This document shows, one piece after another, positions 49,130 through 58,690 of a stretch of DNA of 64,000 bases. How positions within the stretch are numbered: position 1 is the first letter of the stretch; each line of letters starts with the position of its first letter. The position numbers and the translations under genes are program-made. Origin of the DNA: an uncultured Pelagibacteraceae bacterium. Its GTDB lineage: Bacteria > Pseudomonadota > Alphaproteobacteria > Pelagibacterales > AG-422-B15. The notes beneath the pieces are model-generated. The model saw only the letters and a program-made list of their open reading frames with translations, made no database searches and had not been told where the DNA came from. The stretch spans positions 3,907 to 67,906 of the forward strand of contig CACHCK010000002.1 in assembly GCA_902578305.1 (NCBI GenBank), given 5' to 3'.

Positions 49130-49435
49130 CTACCAGCTTGATTTATTCATTCCAGGGATTTGACCTTTAGATGCAAGATCCCTCAGGGCAATTCTAGATA
49201 ATCTAACTCTTTTATGATAACCCCTTGGACGACCTGTTAATTCACACCTGTTTCGAACTCTTGTTCTTGCACCATTCCTTCTTAGTTTAGAAAGTTTTAA
49301 TTGAGCTTGAAACCTATCATCAATAGAGGTTTTTTTATCCATAATAAGAGATTTTAATTTACTTCTCTTTTGCAAATCTTTTTCAGACAGCTTTATTCTT
49401 CTTTTATTTTTTTCTATCGAACTTTTTTTAGCCAT
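49130..49435 (-). CDS. rpsN: 30S ribosomal protein S14 (long, non-zinc form)
   Basis: 101 aa with [13 protein letters not shown] and the C-terminal KSSW. Confidence 0.95.
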   Translation of the reverse strand: MAKKSSIEKNKRRIKLSEKDLQKRSKLKSLIMDKKTSIDDRFQAQLKLSKLRRNGARTRVRNRCELTGRPRGYHKRVRLSRIALRDLASKGQIPGMNKSSW

Positions 49436-49443
49436 ATTTTTAC

Positions 49444-49995
49444 CTAATCATTAATTGGAAAATTTAGAGATTTCAACAACAGCAATGCCTGTTCATCGTT
49501 TATAGCTGTAGTATTTATTGTAATATCTAACCCACGCACCTTATCAAGTTTATCAACATTAATTTCTGGAAAGATAGTACATTCCTTAATTCCAAAAGAG
49601 TAGTTACCTCTTCCATCAAAACAATTTTTTTTCAATCCTCTAAAGTCTCTAATACGTGGAAGGGCAATAGTAACGAGCCTATCAACAAACTCATACATCC
49701 TGTTACCTCTTAAAGTAACCTTTACTCCTAGAGGCATACCAGCTCTGATTTTAAAGGTAGCGATTGATTTTCTTGCTTTTGTCACTAAAGGTTGTTGACC
49801 TGCAATCGAAGCTAATTGATCTGAAGCTAGTTGAATTACTTTAGAGTCATTTACTGCCTCTCCAAGGCCCATGTTTAATGAAACTTTTACTAACTTAGGC
49901 AGCGCAAGATCATTCTTTATGGAAAGATCATTCTTTAGCTTTGGCACTATCGTATTTACATAGATTTCTTTTAAACGTGGAGTATAATTATCCAT
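49444..49995 (-). CDS. rplE: 50S ribosomal protein L5
   Basis: 183 aa with [11 protein letters not shown] and RGLDITI. Confidence 0.96.
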   Translation of the reverse strand: MDNYTPRLKEIYVNTIVPKLKNDLSIKNDLALPKLVKVSLNMGLGEAVNDSKVIQLASDQLASIAGQQPLVTKARKSIATFKIRAGMPLGVKVTLRGNRMYEFVDRLVTIALPRIRDFRGLKKNCFDGRGNYSFGIKECTIFPEINVDKLDKVRGLDITINTTAINDEQALLLLKSLNFPIND

Positions 49996-50299
49996 CGATT
50001 TGATCTCCCGTTTTGATGTTAATTCTCACTTTTTTATTGTCTTTTAAGTATTTATAACCAACTCTAACACCTTTGTTGGTCTTTTTATCAACCGGCATTA
50101 AATTAGAGAGCATAATTGGCATCTCCTTATTCAAAACTCCACCTTCGTTTTTCTGATCTTGTTTTTGATGTTTCTTTGAAATGTTCACACCCTTAACAAT
50201 TGCTTTCATGCCTAATATTTTCATCACTTCACCAACTTTTCCCTTATCCTTGCCTGTGTTAACAGTAACTTGATCACCTTTTTTTAATCTCATGCTCAT
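49988..50299 (-). CDS. rplX: 50S ribosomal protein L24
   Basis: 103 aa with the KOW motif KKGDQVTVNTGKDKGKVGEV. Confidence 0.95.
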   Translation of the reverse strand: MSMRLKKGDQVTVNTGKDKGKVGEVMKILGMKAIVKGVNISKKHQKQDQKNEGGVLNKEMPIMLSNLMPVDKKTNKGVRVGYKYLKDNKKVRINIKTGDQIDG

Positions 50300-50667
50300 T
50301 ATAAGACCTCCGGTGCTAGTGAAATGATTTTCATTTGTTTTTTTGATCTTAGCTCTCTACAAACAGGGCCAAAGATTCTTGTCCCTACCGGTTCACCCTG
50401 ATTATTAATTAATACAGCGGCGTTTGTATCAAACTTAATTGTACTTCCATCAACTCTTTTCAACTCTTTTCTAGTTCTTACAATTACAGCTTTATGGACA
50501 GTTCCTTTTTTAACCTTCCCTTTTGGTATTGCGTCTTTCACAGTTACTACGATAATATCTCCTACAGATGCAAAACGACGCTTTGATCCACCAAGAACTT
50601 TAACACATAAAACCTCTTTGGCTCCTGAGTTATCCGCAACATTTAATCGAGACTCAACTTGTATCAT
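50299..50667 (-). CDS. rplN: 50S ribosomal protein L14
   Basis: 122 aa starting [28 protein letters not shown]. Confidence 0.97.
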   Translation of the reverse strand: MIQVESRLNVADNSGAKEVLCVKVLGGSKRRFASVGDIIVVTVKDAIPKGKVKKGTVHKAVIVRTRKELKRVDGSTIKFDTNAAVLINNQGEPVGTRIFGPVCRELRSKKQMKIISLAPEVL

Positions 50668-50895
50668 TTAACTAATTGCAACCCATCTTTTTAGTTTAGA
50701 AATTGGCTTAGACTCCATAATTCTTACTTTATCTCCTGCGTTAAATTGATTATCGGGATCATGTGCGCTGTATTTTTTTGATCTTCTAATCACTTTTTTT
50801 AACACTGGGTGTTTAAACTTTCTTTCAACTAAAACTGTTATTGTTTTATCTTGTTTGTTACTAATAACAGTTCCTTGTAATATCTTTTTTGGCAT
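50668..50895 (-). CDS. rpsQ: 30S ribosomal protein S17
   Basis: 75 aa with [18 protein letters not shown]...KKYSAHD. Confidence 0.95.
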   Translation of the reverse strand: MPKKILQGTVISNKQDKTITVLVERKFKHPVLKKVIRRSKKYSAHDPDNQFNAGDKVRIMESKPISKLKRWVAIS

Positions 50896-50896
50896 A

Positions 50897-51088
50897 TTAG
50901 TTAACCGTTTTTTCCTTCATTATTGTTTTTATTCTTGCAATCAGTTTTCTTACCTTAAAAATTCGAGACGTATTCTCCAGCTGGCCCGAGGACTTTTGAA
51001 ATCTCAAGTTAAAGGACTCCTTGTATAAATTTTGTAACTCAGTCTTTAATTGATCTATTGTTTTTTTTCTTATTTCTTCTGCTTTCAT
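50897..51088 (-). CDS. rpmC: 50S ribosomal protein L29
   Basis: 63 aa, helical, with [12 protein letters not shown], in the conserved position. Confidence 0.93.
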   Translation of the reverse strand: MKAEEIRKKTIDQLKTELQNLYKESFNLRFQKSSGQLENTSRIFKVRKLIARIKTIMKEKTVN

Positions 51089-51095
51089 AAAGTCT

Positions 51096-51509
51096 CTATT
51101 TAATTAACTGTTCCACTACCTTAGTTTTAATAGGCAGTTTAGATGAAGCGCGTCCAAAAGCCTCTGTTGCAATTGCTTGTGAAACGCCATCAACTTCAAA
51201 TAAAATTTTTCCTGGTTTAACCCTGCATGCCCAATACTCTGGTGATCCTTTGCCTTTACCCATTCTTACTTCTGTAGGTTTTTTTGAAACTGGAACATCT
51301 GGAAATATTCTTACCCACACTCTTCCAGCTCTTTTCATAAATCTTGTCATTGCAACACGGGCAGCCTCAATTTGACGAGCTGTTACTCTTTCAGCTTCTA
51401 AAGCTTTCAAACCATATGTCCCATAATTAAGCGTTGTCGCTGACGTTGCAACTCCCTTAATTCTACCCTTATGTGCTTTTCTATATTTTGTTTTCTTTGG
51501 CTGTAACAT
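51096..51509 (-). CDS. rplP: 50S ribosomal protein L16
   Basis: 137 aa starting [16 protein letters not shown], with [12 protein letters not shown]. Confidence 0.97.
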   Translation of the reverse strand: MLQPKKTKYRKAHKGRIKGVATSATTLNYGTYGLKALEAERVTARQIEAARVAMTRFMKRAGRVWVRIFPDVPVSKKPTEVRMGKGKGSPEYWACRVKPGKILFEVDGVSQAIATEAFGRASSKLPIKTKVVEQLIK

Positions 51510-51511
51510 AT

Positions 51512-52183
51512 CTATCCTAATTTATTTGGGTTGTTATTTAATTCATGAGGCGCATTATCATCTATATCGCCTTTATATATCCAAACTTTTATTCCGCATG
51601 AACCATATGTAGTTTGCGCTGTTGCAACAGCGTAATCTACATTTGCTCTGAAAGTATGCAAAGGCACTCTACCTTCCCTATACCACTCAGTTCTTGCTAT
51701 TTCAGTTCCTCCAAGTCTACCTCCACAATTCACTCTAATTCCGTCCGCTCCCAAGCGCATTGCTGACTGAACTGAACGTTTCATCGCTCTTCGGAACGAA
51801 ACGCGTCTTTCTAATTGTTCAGCTATACCATCAGCTATTAATTGTGCCTCTACTTCTGGTTTTCTAATCTCTACAAGATTTATAGAAACTTCATCGGAAG
51901 TAAATTGAGAGATTTTTTTCTTCAATTTCTCAATATCACTACCTTTTTTTCCAATAATTAGACCTGGACGCGCTGAATATATTGTAACCTGTGCTTTCTT
52001 TGCAGGCCGTTCAATCTGAATTTTTGCTACAGCACAATTTTTAAGTTTTTTCTCAAGATAAGCTCTGATCTTTAAATCTTCCTGCAAGAACGATCCAAAT
52101 TCTTTTTTTCCAGCATACCATCTTGATTGCCACTTCTTATTAAGAATTAATCTTAGTCCAATTGGATTTACTTTTTGACCCAT
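51512..52183 (-). CDS. rpsC: 30S ribosomal protein S3
   Basis: 223 aa starting [12 protein letters not shown], with a KH domain and [10 protein letters not shown]. Confidence 0.97.
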   Translation of the reverse strand: MGQKVNPIGLRLILNKKWQSRWYAGKKEFGSFLQEDLKIRAYLEKKLKNCAVAKIQIERPAKKAQVTIYSARPGLIIGKKGSDIEKLKKKISQFTSDEVSINLVEIRKPEVEAQLIADGIAEQLERRVSFRRAMKRSVQSAMRLGADGIRVNCGGRLGGTEIARTEWYREGRVPLHTFRANVDYAVATAQTTYGSCGIKVWIYKGDIDDNAPHELNNNPNKLG

Positions 52184-52186
52184 ATA

Positions 52187-52576
52187 CTATTTTGCCTTCT
52201 CTTTCTTTACTTCTTTTACTTGATCTTCAGAAACTTTTATTGTGACGTTAGTCAAAAATTTATTAATTCTCCCAGGTCTTCCCTTTGCTCTTGCTCTCCA
52301 TCTTTTCATTACCATGCCTTTACCGCAATAAGCTTCTGTAACTTTTAAAATGTCAATATCTAACTGATGATTGTTTTCGGCATTAGCAATTGCACTATTT
52401 AGAACTTTAGAAATATTTTTAGCAACTCCTCTGGGTGAAAATTTTAATAAGTTAAGCGCTTCAGATGCCTTTTTGCCTCTAATCATTTCAAGAACTGCAT
52501 TAGCTTTTGACGGACTCACTCTCATGTTCCTTTGAATTGCGTATGCTTCGTTATCTTTTCTTACAAGTTGTCTCAT
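52187..52576 (-). CDS. rplV: 50S ribosomal protein L22
   Basis: 129 aa with [17 protein letters not shown] and [13 protein letters not shown]. Confidence 0.95.
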   Translation of the reverse strand: MRQLVRKDNEAYAIQRNMRVSPSKANAVLEMIRGKKASEALNLLKFSPRGVAKNISKVLNSAIANAENNHQLDIDILKVTEAYCGKGMVMKRWRARAKGRPGRINKFLTNVTIKVSEDQVKEVKKEKAK

Positions 52577-52578
52577 AA

Positions 52579-52851
52579 TTACTTCGTTTTCTTATCACCT
52601 GTGTGGCCATTAAAAGTTCTTGTAGGAGAAAACTCTCCAAGTTTATGGCCAACCATGTCTTCAGTTACGTTTACAGGTATAAATCTTTTGCCATTGTGAA
52701 CCGCAAAATTTACACCCACAAATTCTGGCAGTATAGTTGATCTTCTGGACCAAGTCTTAATGACACTATTGCTACCAGAATCGGATGCCGCTTTTACTTT
52801 TTTTAATAAATGACTATCAACAAATGGTCCCTTCCAAACAGATCTTGTCAT
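52579..52851 (-). CDS. rpsS: 30S ribosomal protein S19
   Basis: 90 aa starting [12 protein letters not shown], with [16 protein letters not shown]. Confidence 0.97.
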   Translation of the reverse strand: MTRSVWKGPFVDSHLLKKVKAASDSGSNSVIKTWSRRSTILPEFVGVNFAVHNGKRFIPVNVTEDMVGHKLGEFSPTRTFNGHTGDKKTK

Positions 52852-53697
52852 TTATACCTCAATTCTTGCTTTCTTATCCGTTTTTCTTTTAATAATAAAT
52901 TTATCAGTTCTTTTATTATTTCTTGTCTTCTTTCCCTTTGTAGGTTTACCCCATGGAGTTACAGGGTCTCTTCCACCAGAAGTTTTACCTTCACCGCCAC
53001 CGTGCGGATGGTCGATAGGATTCATAGCAACTCCTCTGACAGATGGTCTTATACCAAGCCACCTGTTTCTACCAGCCTTGCCTAGCTTTTGGTTTTTTTT
53101 ATCAATATTTGATAAAACACCTATTGTAGCTCGACATTCTTCTCTAATTTTTCGCTGTTCCCCTGAAGGCAACTTAATAGCGACATAACCATTAGATTTT
53201 CCAACTATTTGGGTTGATGTGCCTGCAGACCTTGCTAATTGTGCCCCGCCTCCTGATTTTAATTCGATGTTATGTATGTCAATGCCTACAGGTATGTCAG
53301 ACATGGGCATACAATTTCCATCTCTGATCTCTTTTTTTGATCCAGAAATTACTTTATCTCCAACCTTTATATCTTTTGGGGCCAATATATAGCTTTGAAT
53401 ACCGTCATCATATTTAATCAATGCTATATATGAAGATCTATTTGGATCATATTCTATTCTATCTACAGTCGCACTCACATCTATCTTATTTCTTTTGAAA
53501 TCAATTATTCTATATTTTGATTTATGCCCTCCACCTTTTCTTCTCATAGTGATCCTGCCTGTATTATTGCGTCCACCTTTTTTAGAGATACCAGTAGTAA
53601 GTGATTTTACTGGTTTACCATTCCATAATCCTTTTTTATCAACTAGAGTAAGTCCTCTGGTTCCAGGCGTGTTAGGTCTGAATTTTTTAAGTGCCAT
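52852..53697 (-). CDS. rplB: 50S ribosomal protein L2
   Basis: 281 aa with [23 protein letters not shown]. Confidence 0.97.
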   Translation of the reverse strand: MALKKFRPNTPGTRGLTLVDKKGLWNGKPVKSLTTGISKKGGRNNTGRITMRRKGGGHKSKYRIIDFKRNKIDVSATVDRIEYDPNRSSYIALIKYDDGIQSYILAPKDIKVGDKVISGSKKEIRDGNCMPMSDIPVGIDIHNIELKSGGGAQLARSAGTSTQIVGKSNGYVAIKLPSGEQRKIREECRATIGVLSNIDKKNQKLGKAGRNRWLGIRPSVRGVAMNPIDHPHGGGEGKTSGGRDPVTPWGKPTKGKKTRNNKRTDKFIIKRKTDKKARIEV

Positions 53698-53701
53698 TTA
53701 T

Positions 53702-53995
53702 TTATACTCCCGCATTAATATCAATTGTTTGACCATCTTCGAGGGTAACGAATGCCTTCTTGTAATCCGACCTTTTACCAAGAGAACCCCTAAATGATTT
53801 AAGCTTACCCTTAACGATTGAAGTATTTACTTTTTTTACTTTGACTTTAAAAATATTTTCAATTGCTAATTTAATTTCTTTCTTTGAACTTGTTTTCTGA
53901 ACTTGGAATGTAACTTGATTATACTCTGAACCCATTGAGGACTTCTCTGTAATAATAGGTTTGATTATTGTTTTAAAATCTTTAATTGTAGTCAT
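53702..53995 (-). CDS. rplW: 50S ribosomal protein L23
   Basis: The start is set at the Met at 53995 (MTTIKDFKTIIKPIITEKS), which is preceded by AGGA 9 nt upstream. The track's 54016 start would overlap the end of rplD by 20 nt. Confidence 0.93.
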   Translation of the reverse strand: MTTIKDFKTIIKPIITEKSSMGSEYNQVTFQVQKTSSKKEIKLAIENIFKVKVKKVNTSIVKGKLKSFRGSLGKRSDYKKAFVTLEDGQTIDINAGV

Positions 53996-53996
53996 C

Positions 53997-54617
53997 TTAA
54001 TTAATCCTATTTTCAAGTATTTCTAATGCATTCTTACTCATGATCAATTTTTCAAACCTAAGTAAGTCGAGTGCATTAAAATTATTTATACTTGAGTACT
54101 TTATATTTTTTAAGTTTCTTGATGCCAATGCAAAATTATTATCAGGTTTATCTCCCTCCAATATGAGTGCAGAGTGTACATTTAAATCTGAGAGGCTTTT
54201 AACTAGTGTTTTTGTCTTTGGCTCTGCAATTTTAAGTTCTTCAACAATTATCAAATTGTTGTTCTTGATTTTATCAGAAAGAATATGCTTCAAAGCCTCT
54301 TGCCTAGTTCGTTTTGGCATCTTTTTCAATGAACGAACTCCTCTCAAGTTATGTGCCATTCCACCGCTTCTAAAAATATTTGCTTTTTTTGAGCCGTGCC
54401 TGGCTCCTCCACTTCCCTTTTGTCTTCCTAGCTTTTGTGTTGTTCCTTTTACTTCAGATCTGTTTTTAGTCCTAGCTCTTAGAGGTTTCTGATTAGACTC
54501 ATTCCATCTAACTAGAGAGCCAATAACACTTAAATCGGATTTACTATTGAATAATTGATCTTTCAAATTGACCGACCCGCTCTTTTTTCCATCTATTTTG
54601 TGCATGTCAATTTGCAT
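53997..54617 (-). CDS. rplD: 50S ribosomal protein L4
   Basis: 206 aa with RQKGSGGARHGS. Confidence 0.96.
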   Translation of the reverse strand: MQIDMHKIDGKKSGSVNLKDQLFNSKSDLSVIGSLVRWNESNQKPLRARTKNRSEVKGTTQKLGRQKGSGGARHGSKKANIFRSGGMAHNLRGVRSLKKMPKRTRQEALKHILSDKIKNNNLIIVEELKIAEPKTKTLVKSLSDLNVHSALILEGDKPDNNFALASRNLKNIKYSSINNFNALDLLRFEKLIMSKNALEILENRIN

Positions 54618-54621
54618 TTAC

Positions 54622-55311
54622 TTATTTTTCCTTCTTAACTTCTTTTTCTGATTTTGCTGGTGTGGCTTCTATTTCTTTGATGCCATCTTTTTTAATCGAG
54701 TCCTCAACAACTAACCAAGTTCCCCTTGAGCCTGGTGTAGCTCCTTTTACACAGATTAGATTTTTTTGATCATCAACCTTTACAACCTGTAAGCTTTGAA
54801 GAGTTTTATGAACATCTCCGTATTGTCCCGCCATCTTTTTTCCTTTGAAAACTTTGCCAGGGTCTTGACATTGACCTGTAGATCCATGGCTTCGATGTGA
54901 AACTGAAACACCATGAGAGGCTCTCAAGCCGGAGAAATTATGACGTTTCATTACACCAGCAAATCCTTTGCCTTTCGTGTAACCAGATACATCAATAAAT
55001 TGACCTTCCTTAAAATGACTTGCTTTCAATTCATCTCCACTTTTAATCTCTTGGTCTTTACTAATTTCAAACTCTCTAAGATATTTATAAGCATCTGATT
55101 TTTTTTTATCAAAGAAGCCTTTCTGTGATTTTGATGTTTTTTTTAACTTGCAGGCACCAACCAATACTCTGTCTGAATTTTCGTTTTCTGATGTAATTCG
55201 ATCAATAATTTTACAATTTTCAACATGAAGTACAGTAACAGGAATATTTGTTCCACTTTGTGTGTACAAATTACTCATTCCAATTTTTTTTGCTATAATA
55301 CCTGATCTCAT
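54622..55311 (-). CDS. rplC: 50S ribosomal protein L3
   Basis: 229 aa starting MRSGIIAKKIGMS, with KGKGFAGVMKRHNF...HGS. Confidence 0.96.
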   Translation of the reverse strand: MRSGIIAKKIGMSNLYTQSGTNIPVTVLHVENCKIIDRITSENENSDRVLVGACKLKKTSKSQKGFFDKKKSDAYKYLREFEISKDQEIKSGDELKASHFKEGQFIDVSGYTKGKGFAGVMKRHNFSGLRASHGVSVSHRSHGSTGQCQDPGKVFKGKKMAGQYGDVHKTLQSLQVVKVDDQKNLICVKGATPGSRGTWLVVEDSIKKDGIKEIEATPAKSEKEVKKEK

Positions 55312-55314
55312 ATC

Positions 55315-55623
55315 TTATAATTTGATTTCTACATCAACTCCTGAAGCTAAATCTAATTTCATTAGTGCATCTACTGTTTGTGGTGTTGGGTCTACTATCT
55401 CTATTAATCTCTTATGAGTCCTGATCTCGAATTGCTCTCTACTTTTTTTGTTAACATGTGGAGATCGAAGAACTGTAAACTTCTCATTATTTGTGGGTAA
55501 AGGTATTGGGCCTTTCACCATTGCTCCAGTTCTTTTAGCTGTATCAACGATTTCCACTGATGATTTATCGAGTACACCATGGTCAAAAGCCTTTAATCTT
55601 ATTTTGATATTTTGATTTTCCAT
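55315..55623 (-). CDS. rpsJ: 30S ribosomal protein S10
   Basis: 102 aa with [15 protein letters not shown] and [13 protein letters not shown]. Confidence 0.97.
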   Translation of the reverse strand: MENQNIKIRLKAFDHGVLDKSSVEIVDTAKRTGAMVKGPIPLPTNNEKFTVLRSPHVNKKSREQFEIRTHKRLIEIVDPTPQTVDALMKLDLASGVDVEIKL

Positions 55624-55632
55624 TTAAATTAC

Positions 55633-57708
55633 TTATGCAAATTTTGCTTTTACCTCATCTTGAACATTTTGAGGTACTTGCTCATAATGATCAAAAAACA
55701 TTGAATATTGAGCTCTTCCCTGAGTCATAGACCGTAATGTGTTGACATAGCCAAACATATTGGCAAGAGGTACCATTGAGCTAATTGCAGTTGTATTACC
55801 TCTAGCTTCACTTCCACTAACTTGACCCCTTCGACTACTCAAATCGCCTATAACATCCCCCATAAATTCTTCAGGCGTAACTACCTCAACTCTCATAACA
55901 GGCTCGAGAAGTTTTGGGCCTGCTTTTTGACATGCGTCTTTAAATGCCATTCTTCCAGCTATCTCAAAAGCTAAACTACTGGAGTCTACATCGTGATATT
56001 TTCCGTCGATTAATGTCACTTTATAGTCAATTATAGGGAAGCCAGCTATGACGCCAGTATCAGCAACACCCTCAATTCCTTTTTCAACTCCTGGTATATA
56101 CTCTTTAGGTATATTGCCTCCCTTAATTTTGTCTTCAAATAATCTTCCTGTCCCCGGTTCACATCCCTCAACAATGATTTTTACTTCAGCAAACTGACCG
56201 GCTCCTCCGCTTTGTTTTTTATGCGTATATGTTACCTCAACTTCTTTGGATATTGTTTCTCTGTAAGCAACCTGTGGAGCTCCTACATTAGCTTCAACCT
56301 TGAACTCACGTTTCATTCGGTCAACAATAATATCTAAGTGAAGCTCTCCCATTCCTTTAATAACAGTTTGCCCAGACTCATCATCAGATGTTACTCTAAA
56401 AGAAGGGTCTTCTTTAGCGAGTCGAGCAAGCGCTTCACCCATTTTTTCTTGGTCAGCTTTTGTTTTCGGTTCAACGGCAATTTCAATTACTGGATCAGGA
56501 AAATCCATTGACTCTAATATGATTGGTTTTTGAGAGTCACATAAAGTTTCACCCGTTATTGTATCTTTGAGCCCTGCTATCGCAACAATATCACCAGCGT
56601 ACGCAGTTTTAATATCTTCTCTGTTATTTGCATGCATAAGTAACATTCTTCCAATTCTTTCCTTGTCACCTTTAACAGAATTCATGATTGTTGAACCAGC
56701 TTCTAACTTTCCTGAATAGATTCTTGTAAACGTTAGAGAGCCTACGAAAGGATCGTTAGCTACTTTAAATGCTAATGCAGAAAAAGGCTCATCATCTGAT
56801 GCTTTTCTTATTTCTTCTTCTTCTTTACCAGGTATGTTGCCTGTAGCCTGTTGTACCTCACTAGGATCTGGCATAAAGTTTACAATGGCATCTAAAAGTG
56901 GTTGTACACCTTTATTTTTAAATGCACTACCTGTTAAAATTGGAACGAACTCAAAATTGATCGTACCTTTTCTAATACAACGGTTGAGAGTTTCTTCATC
57001 AGGCTCTTCCCCTTCTAAATATTTTTCTAAAACCTCTTCATCCTGCTCAACTGCCATTTCAACCATTTCAGATCGATATTTTTCAGCAGTCTCTTTTAAT
57101 TCTTCTGGAATCTCTGTGTACTCATATTTAGCTCCAAGGTCTTCATTTGCCCAAACAATTGCTTTATTTTTAACCAGGTCAATAACGCCTTTAAGGTCAG
57201 ATTCACTTCCATAGGGAATTTGTAAAACTAAAGCATTTGCTTGAAGTCTGTCTTTAATCATATCAAGACATTTATAGAAATCAGCTCCGGTACGATCCAT
57301 TTTGTTAACAAAGCACATTCTTGGAACCTTGTATCTATTCGCTTGTCTCCATACAGTTTCTGTCTGAGGTTCAACACCAGCAACACCATCAAATACTGCA
57401 ACAGCACCGTCAAGAACTCTAAGCGATCTCTCAACTTCAATAGTAAAGTCAACGTGGCCTGGAGTGTCAATTATATTAATTCTATGATCATTCCAAAAAC
57501 ATGTAGTTGCTGCTGAAGTAATTGTAATTCCTCTTTCTTGCTCTTGTTCCATCCAGTCCATAGTAGCTGCACCATCATGAACTTCTCCAATTTTGTGACT
57601 TTTACCAGTGTAATAAAGAATTCTTTCTGTAGTAGTGGTTTTCCCTGCATCAATGTGAGCCATAATTCCTATGTTTCTATATTTCTGCAGTGCGTATTCT
57701 CTTGTCAT
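55633..57708 (-). CDS. fusA: translation elongation factor G
   Basis: The start is set at the Met at 57708 ([31 protein letters not shown]), which is preceded by GGTGG 4 nt upstream. The track's longer ORF would overlap rpsG. It also has DTPGHVDF. Confidence 0.96.
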   Translation of the reverse strand: MTREYALQKYRNIGIMAHIDAGKTTTTERILYYTGKSHKIGEVHDGAATMDWMEQEQERGITITSAATTCFWNDHRINIIDTPGHVDFTIEVERSLRVLDGAVAVFDGVAGVEPQTETVWRQANRYKVPRMCFVNKMDRTGADFYKCLDMIKDRLQANALVLQIPYGSESDLKGVIDLVKNKAIVWANEDLGAKYEYTEIPEELKETAEKYRSEMVEMAVEQDEEVLEKYLEGEEPDEETLNRCIRKGTINFEFVPILTGSAFKNKGVQPLLDAIVNFMPDPSEVQQATGNIPGKEEEEIRKASDDEPFSALAFKVANDPFVGSLTFTRIYSGKLEAGSTIMNSVKGDKERIGRMLLMHANNREDIKTAYAGDIVAIAGLKDTITGETLCDSQKPIILESMDFPDPVIEIAVEPKTKADQEKMGEALARLAKEDPSFRVTSDDESGQTVIKGMGELHLDIIVDRMKREFKVEANVGAPQVAYRETISKEVEVTYTHKKQSGGAGQFAEVKIIVEGCEPGTGRLFEDKIKGGNIPKEYIPGVEKGIEGVADTGVIAGFPIIDYKVTLIDGKYHDVDSSSLAFEIAGRMAFKDACQKAGPKLLEPVMRVEVVTPEEFMGDVIGDLSSRRGQVSGSEARGNTTAISSMVPLANMFGYVNTLRSMTQGRAQYSMFFDHYEQVPQNVQDEVKAKFA

Positions 57709-57709
57709 A

Positions 57710-58180
<471 letters not shown>

Positions 58181-58552
58181 TTATTTAGGTTTCTTCGTTC
58201 CATATAATGAACGACGTTGTTTTCTCTCACCAACACCTTGAGTATCTAAAACTCCTCTTACAGTGTGATAACGAACTCCTGGCAAATCTTTAACACGACC
58301 GCCTCTAATTAATATGACTGAGTGTTCCTGCAAATTATGACCTTCACCGCCAATATAACTTGTAACTTCAAATCCATTTGTAAGTCTAACTCTCGCAACT
58401 TTTCGTAATGCAGAGTTAGGTTTTTTAGGGGTAGTTGTATAAACTCTAGTACAAACACCTCGCTTTTGGGGGTTTGCTTTTAATGCTGGAACCTTATTTC
58501 TTTTTTGAACTTTGGTTCTAGGTTTTCTAATCAGCTGACTTATAGTCGGCAT
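58181..58552 (-). CDS. rpsL: 30S ribosomal protein S12
   Basis: 123 aa starting [12 protein letters not shown], with [21 protein letters not shown]. Confidence 0.98.
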   Translation of the reverse strand: MPTISQLIRKPRTKVQKRNKVPALKANPQKRGVCTRVYTTTPKKPNSALRKVARVRLTNGFEVTSYIGGEGHNLQEHSVILIRGGRVKDLPGVRYHTVRGVLDTQGVGERKQRRSLYGTKKPK

Positions 58553-58593
58553 AAAATATCTCCAGTCTTTACAACTTAAAGGTTAACTATTCT

Positions 58594-58638
58594 AAAAAAT
58601 TAATAAAAAGTAGCGTTTAGATTTCTCTACCGCCTACT
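58594..58638 (-). terminator. terminator-like hairpin plus U-tract in the rpoC-rpsL spacer (rpoC terminator or rpsL leader attenuator)
   Basis: On the minus strand AGTAGGCG (58631-58638) pairs with CGCTACT (58609-58615), giving 7 bp with one bulged G. A possible 3-bp inner extension (TAG/CTA) could lengthen the stem. The hairpin is followed by TTTTTATTAATTTTTT. It was folded by eye only. Confidence 0.3.
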
Positions 58639-58653
58639 ATTTAAGAATGACGA

Positions 58654-58681
58654 ATAATACTTAATAGTTTATGCAGGTCAA
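58654..58681 (-). promoter_or_regulatory. candidate sigma70 promoter upstream of rpsL (str operon)
   Basis: On the minus strand the site reads TTGACC (58676-58681), a 16-nt spacer, then TATTAT (58654-58659). It lies in the 138-nt rpoC-rpsL spacer, the largest non-coding stretch in the window. Confidence 0.4.
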
Positions 58682-58690
58682 CAAAATTTA

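Noticed and set aside
54040-54492. A 150-aa plus-strand ORF antisense to rplD.
   Set aside because: It lies entirely inside a highly conserved ribosomal protein gene and its Leu/Phe/Ser-rich composition marks it as an antisense-frame artefact.
55624-55632. I looked for an S10-leader / L4 attenuator upstream of rpsJ.
   Set aside because: The 9-nt spacer cannot hold a leader structure.
57258-57653. Two adjoining same-strand alternative-frame ORFs inside fusA (60 and 70 aa, same frame, separated by one stop). They could have indicated a frameshifted or overlapping gene.
   Set aside because: The fusA frame is intact and full length (GTPase motifs through to the C-terminus). The alternative-frame peptides are Leu/Gln-rich and without motifs. 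The same reasoning applies to 58054-58236 and 59338-59625.
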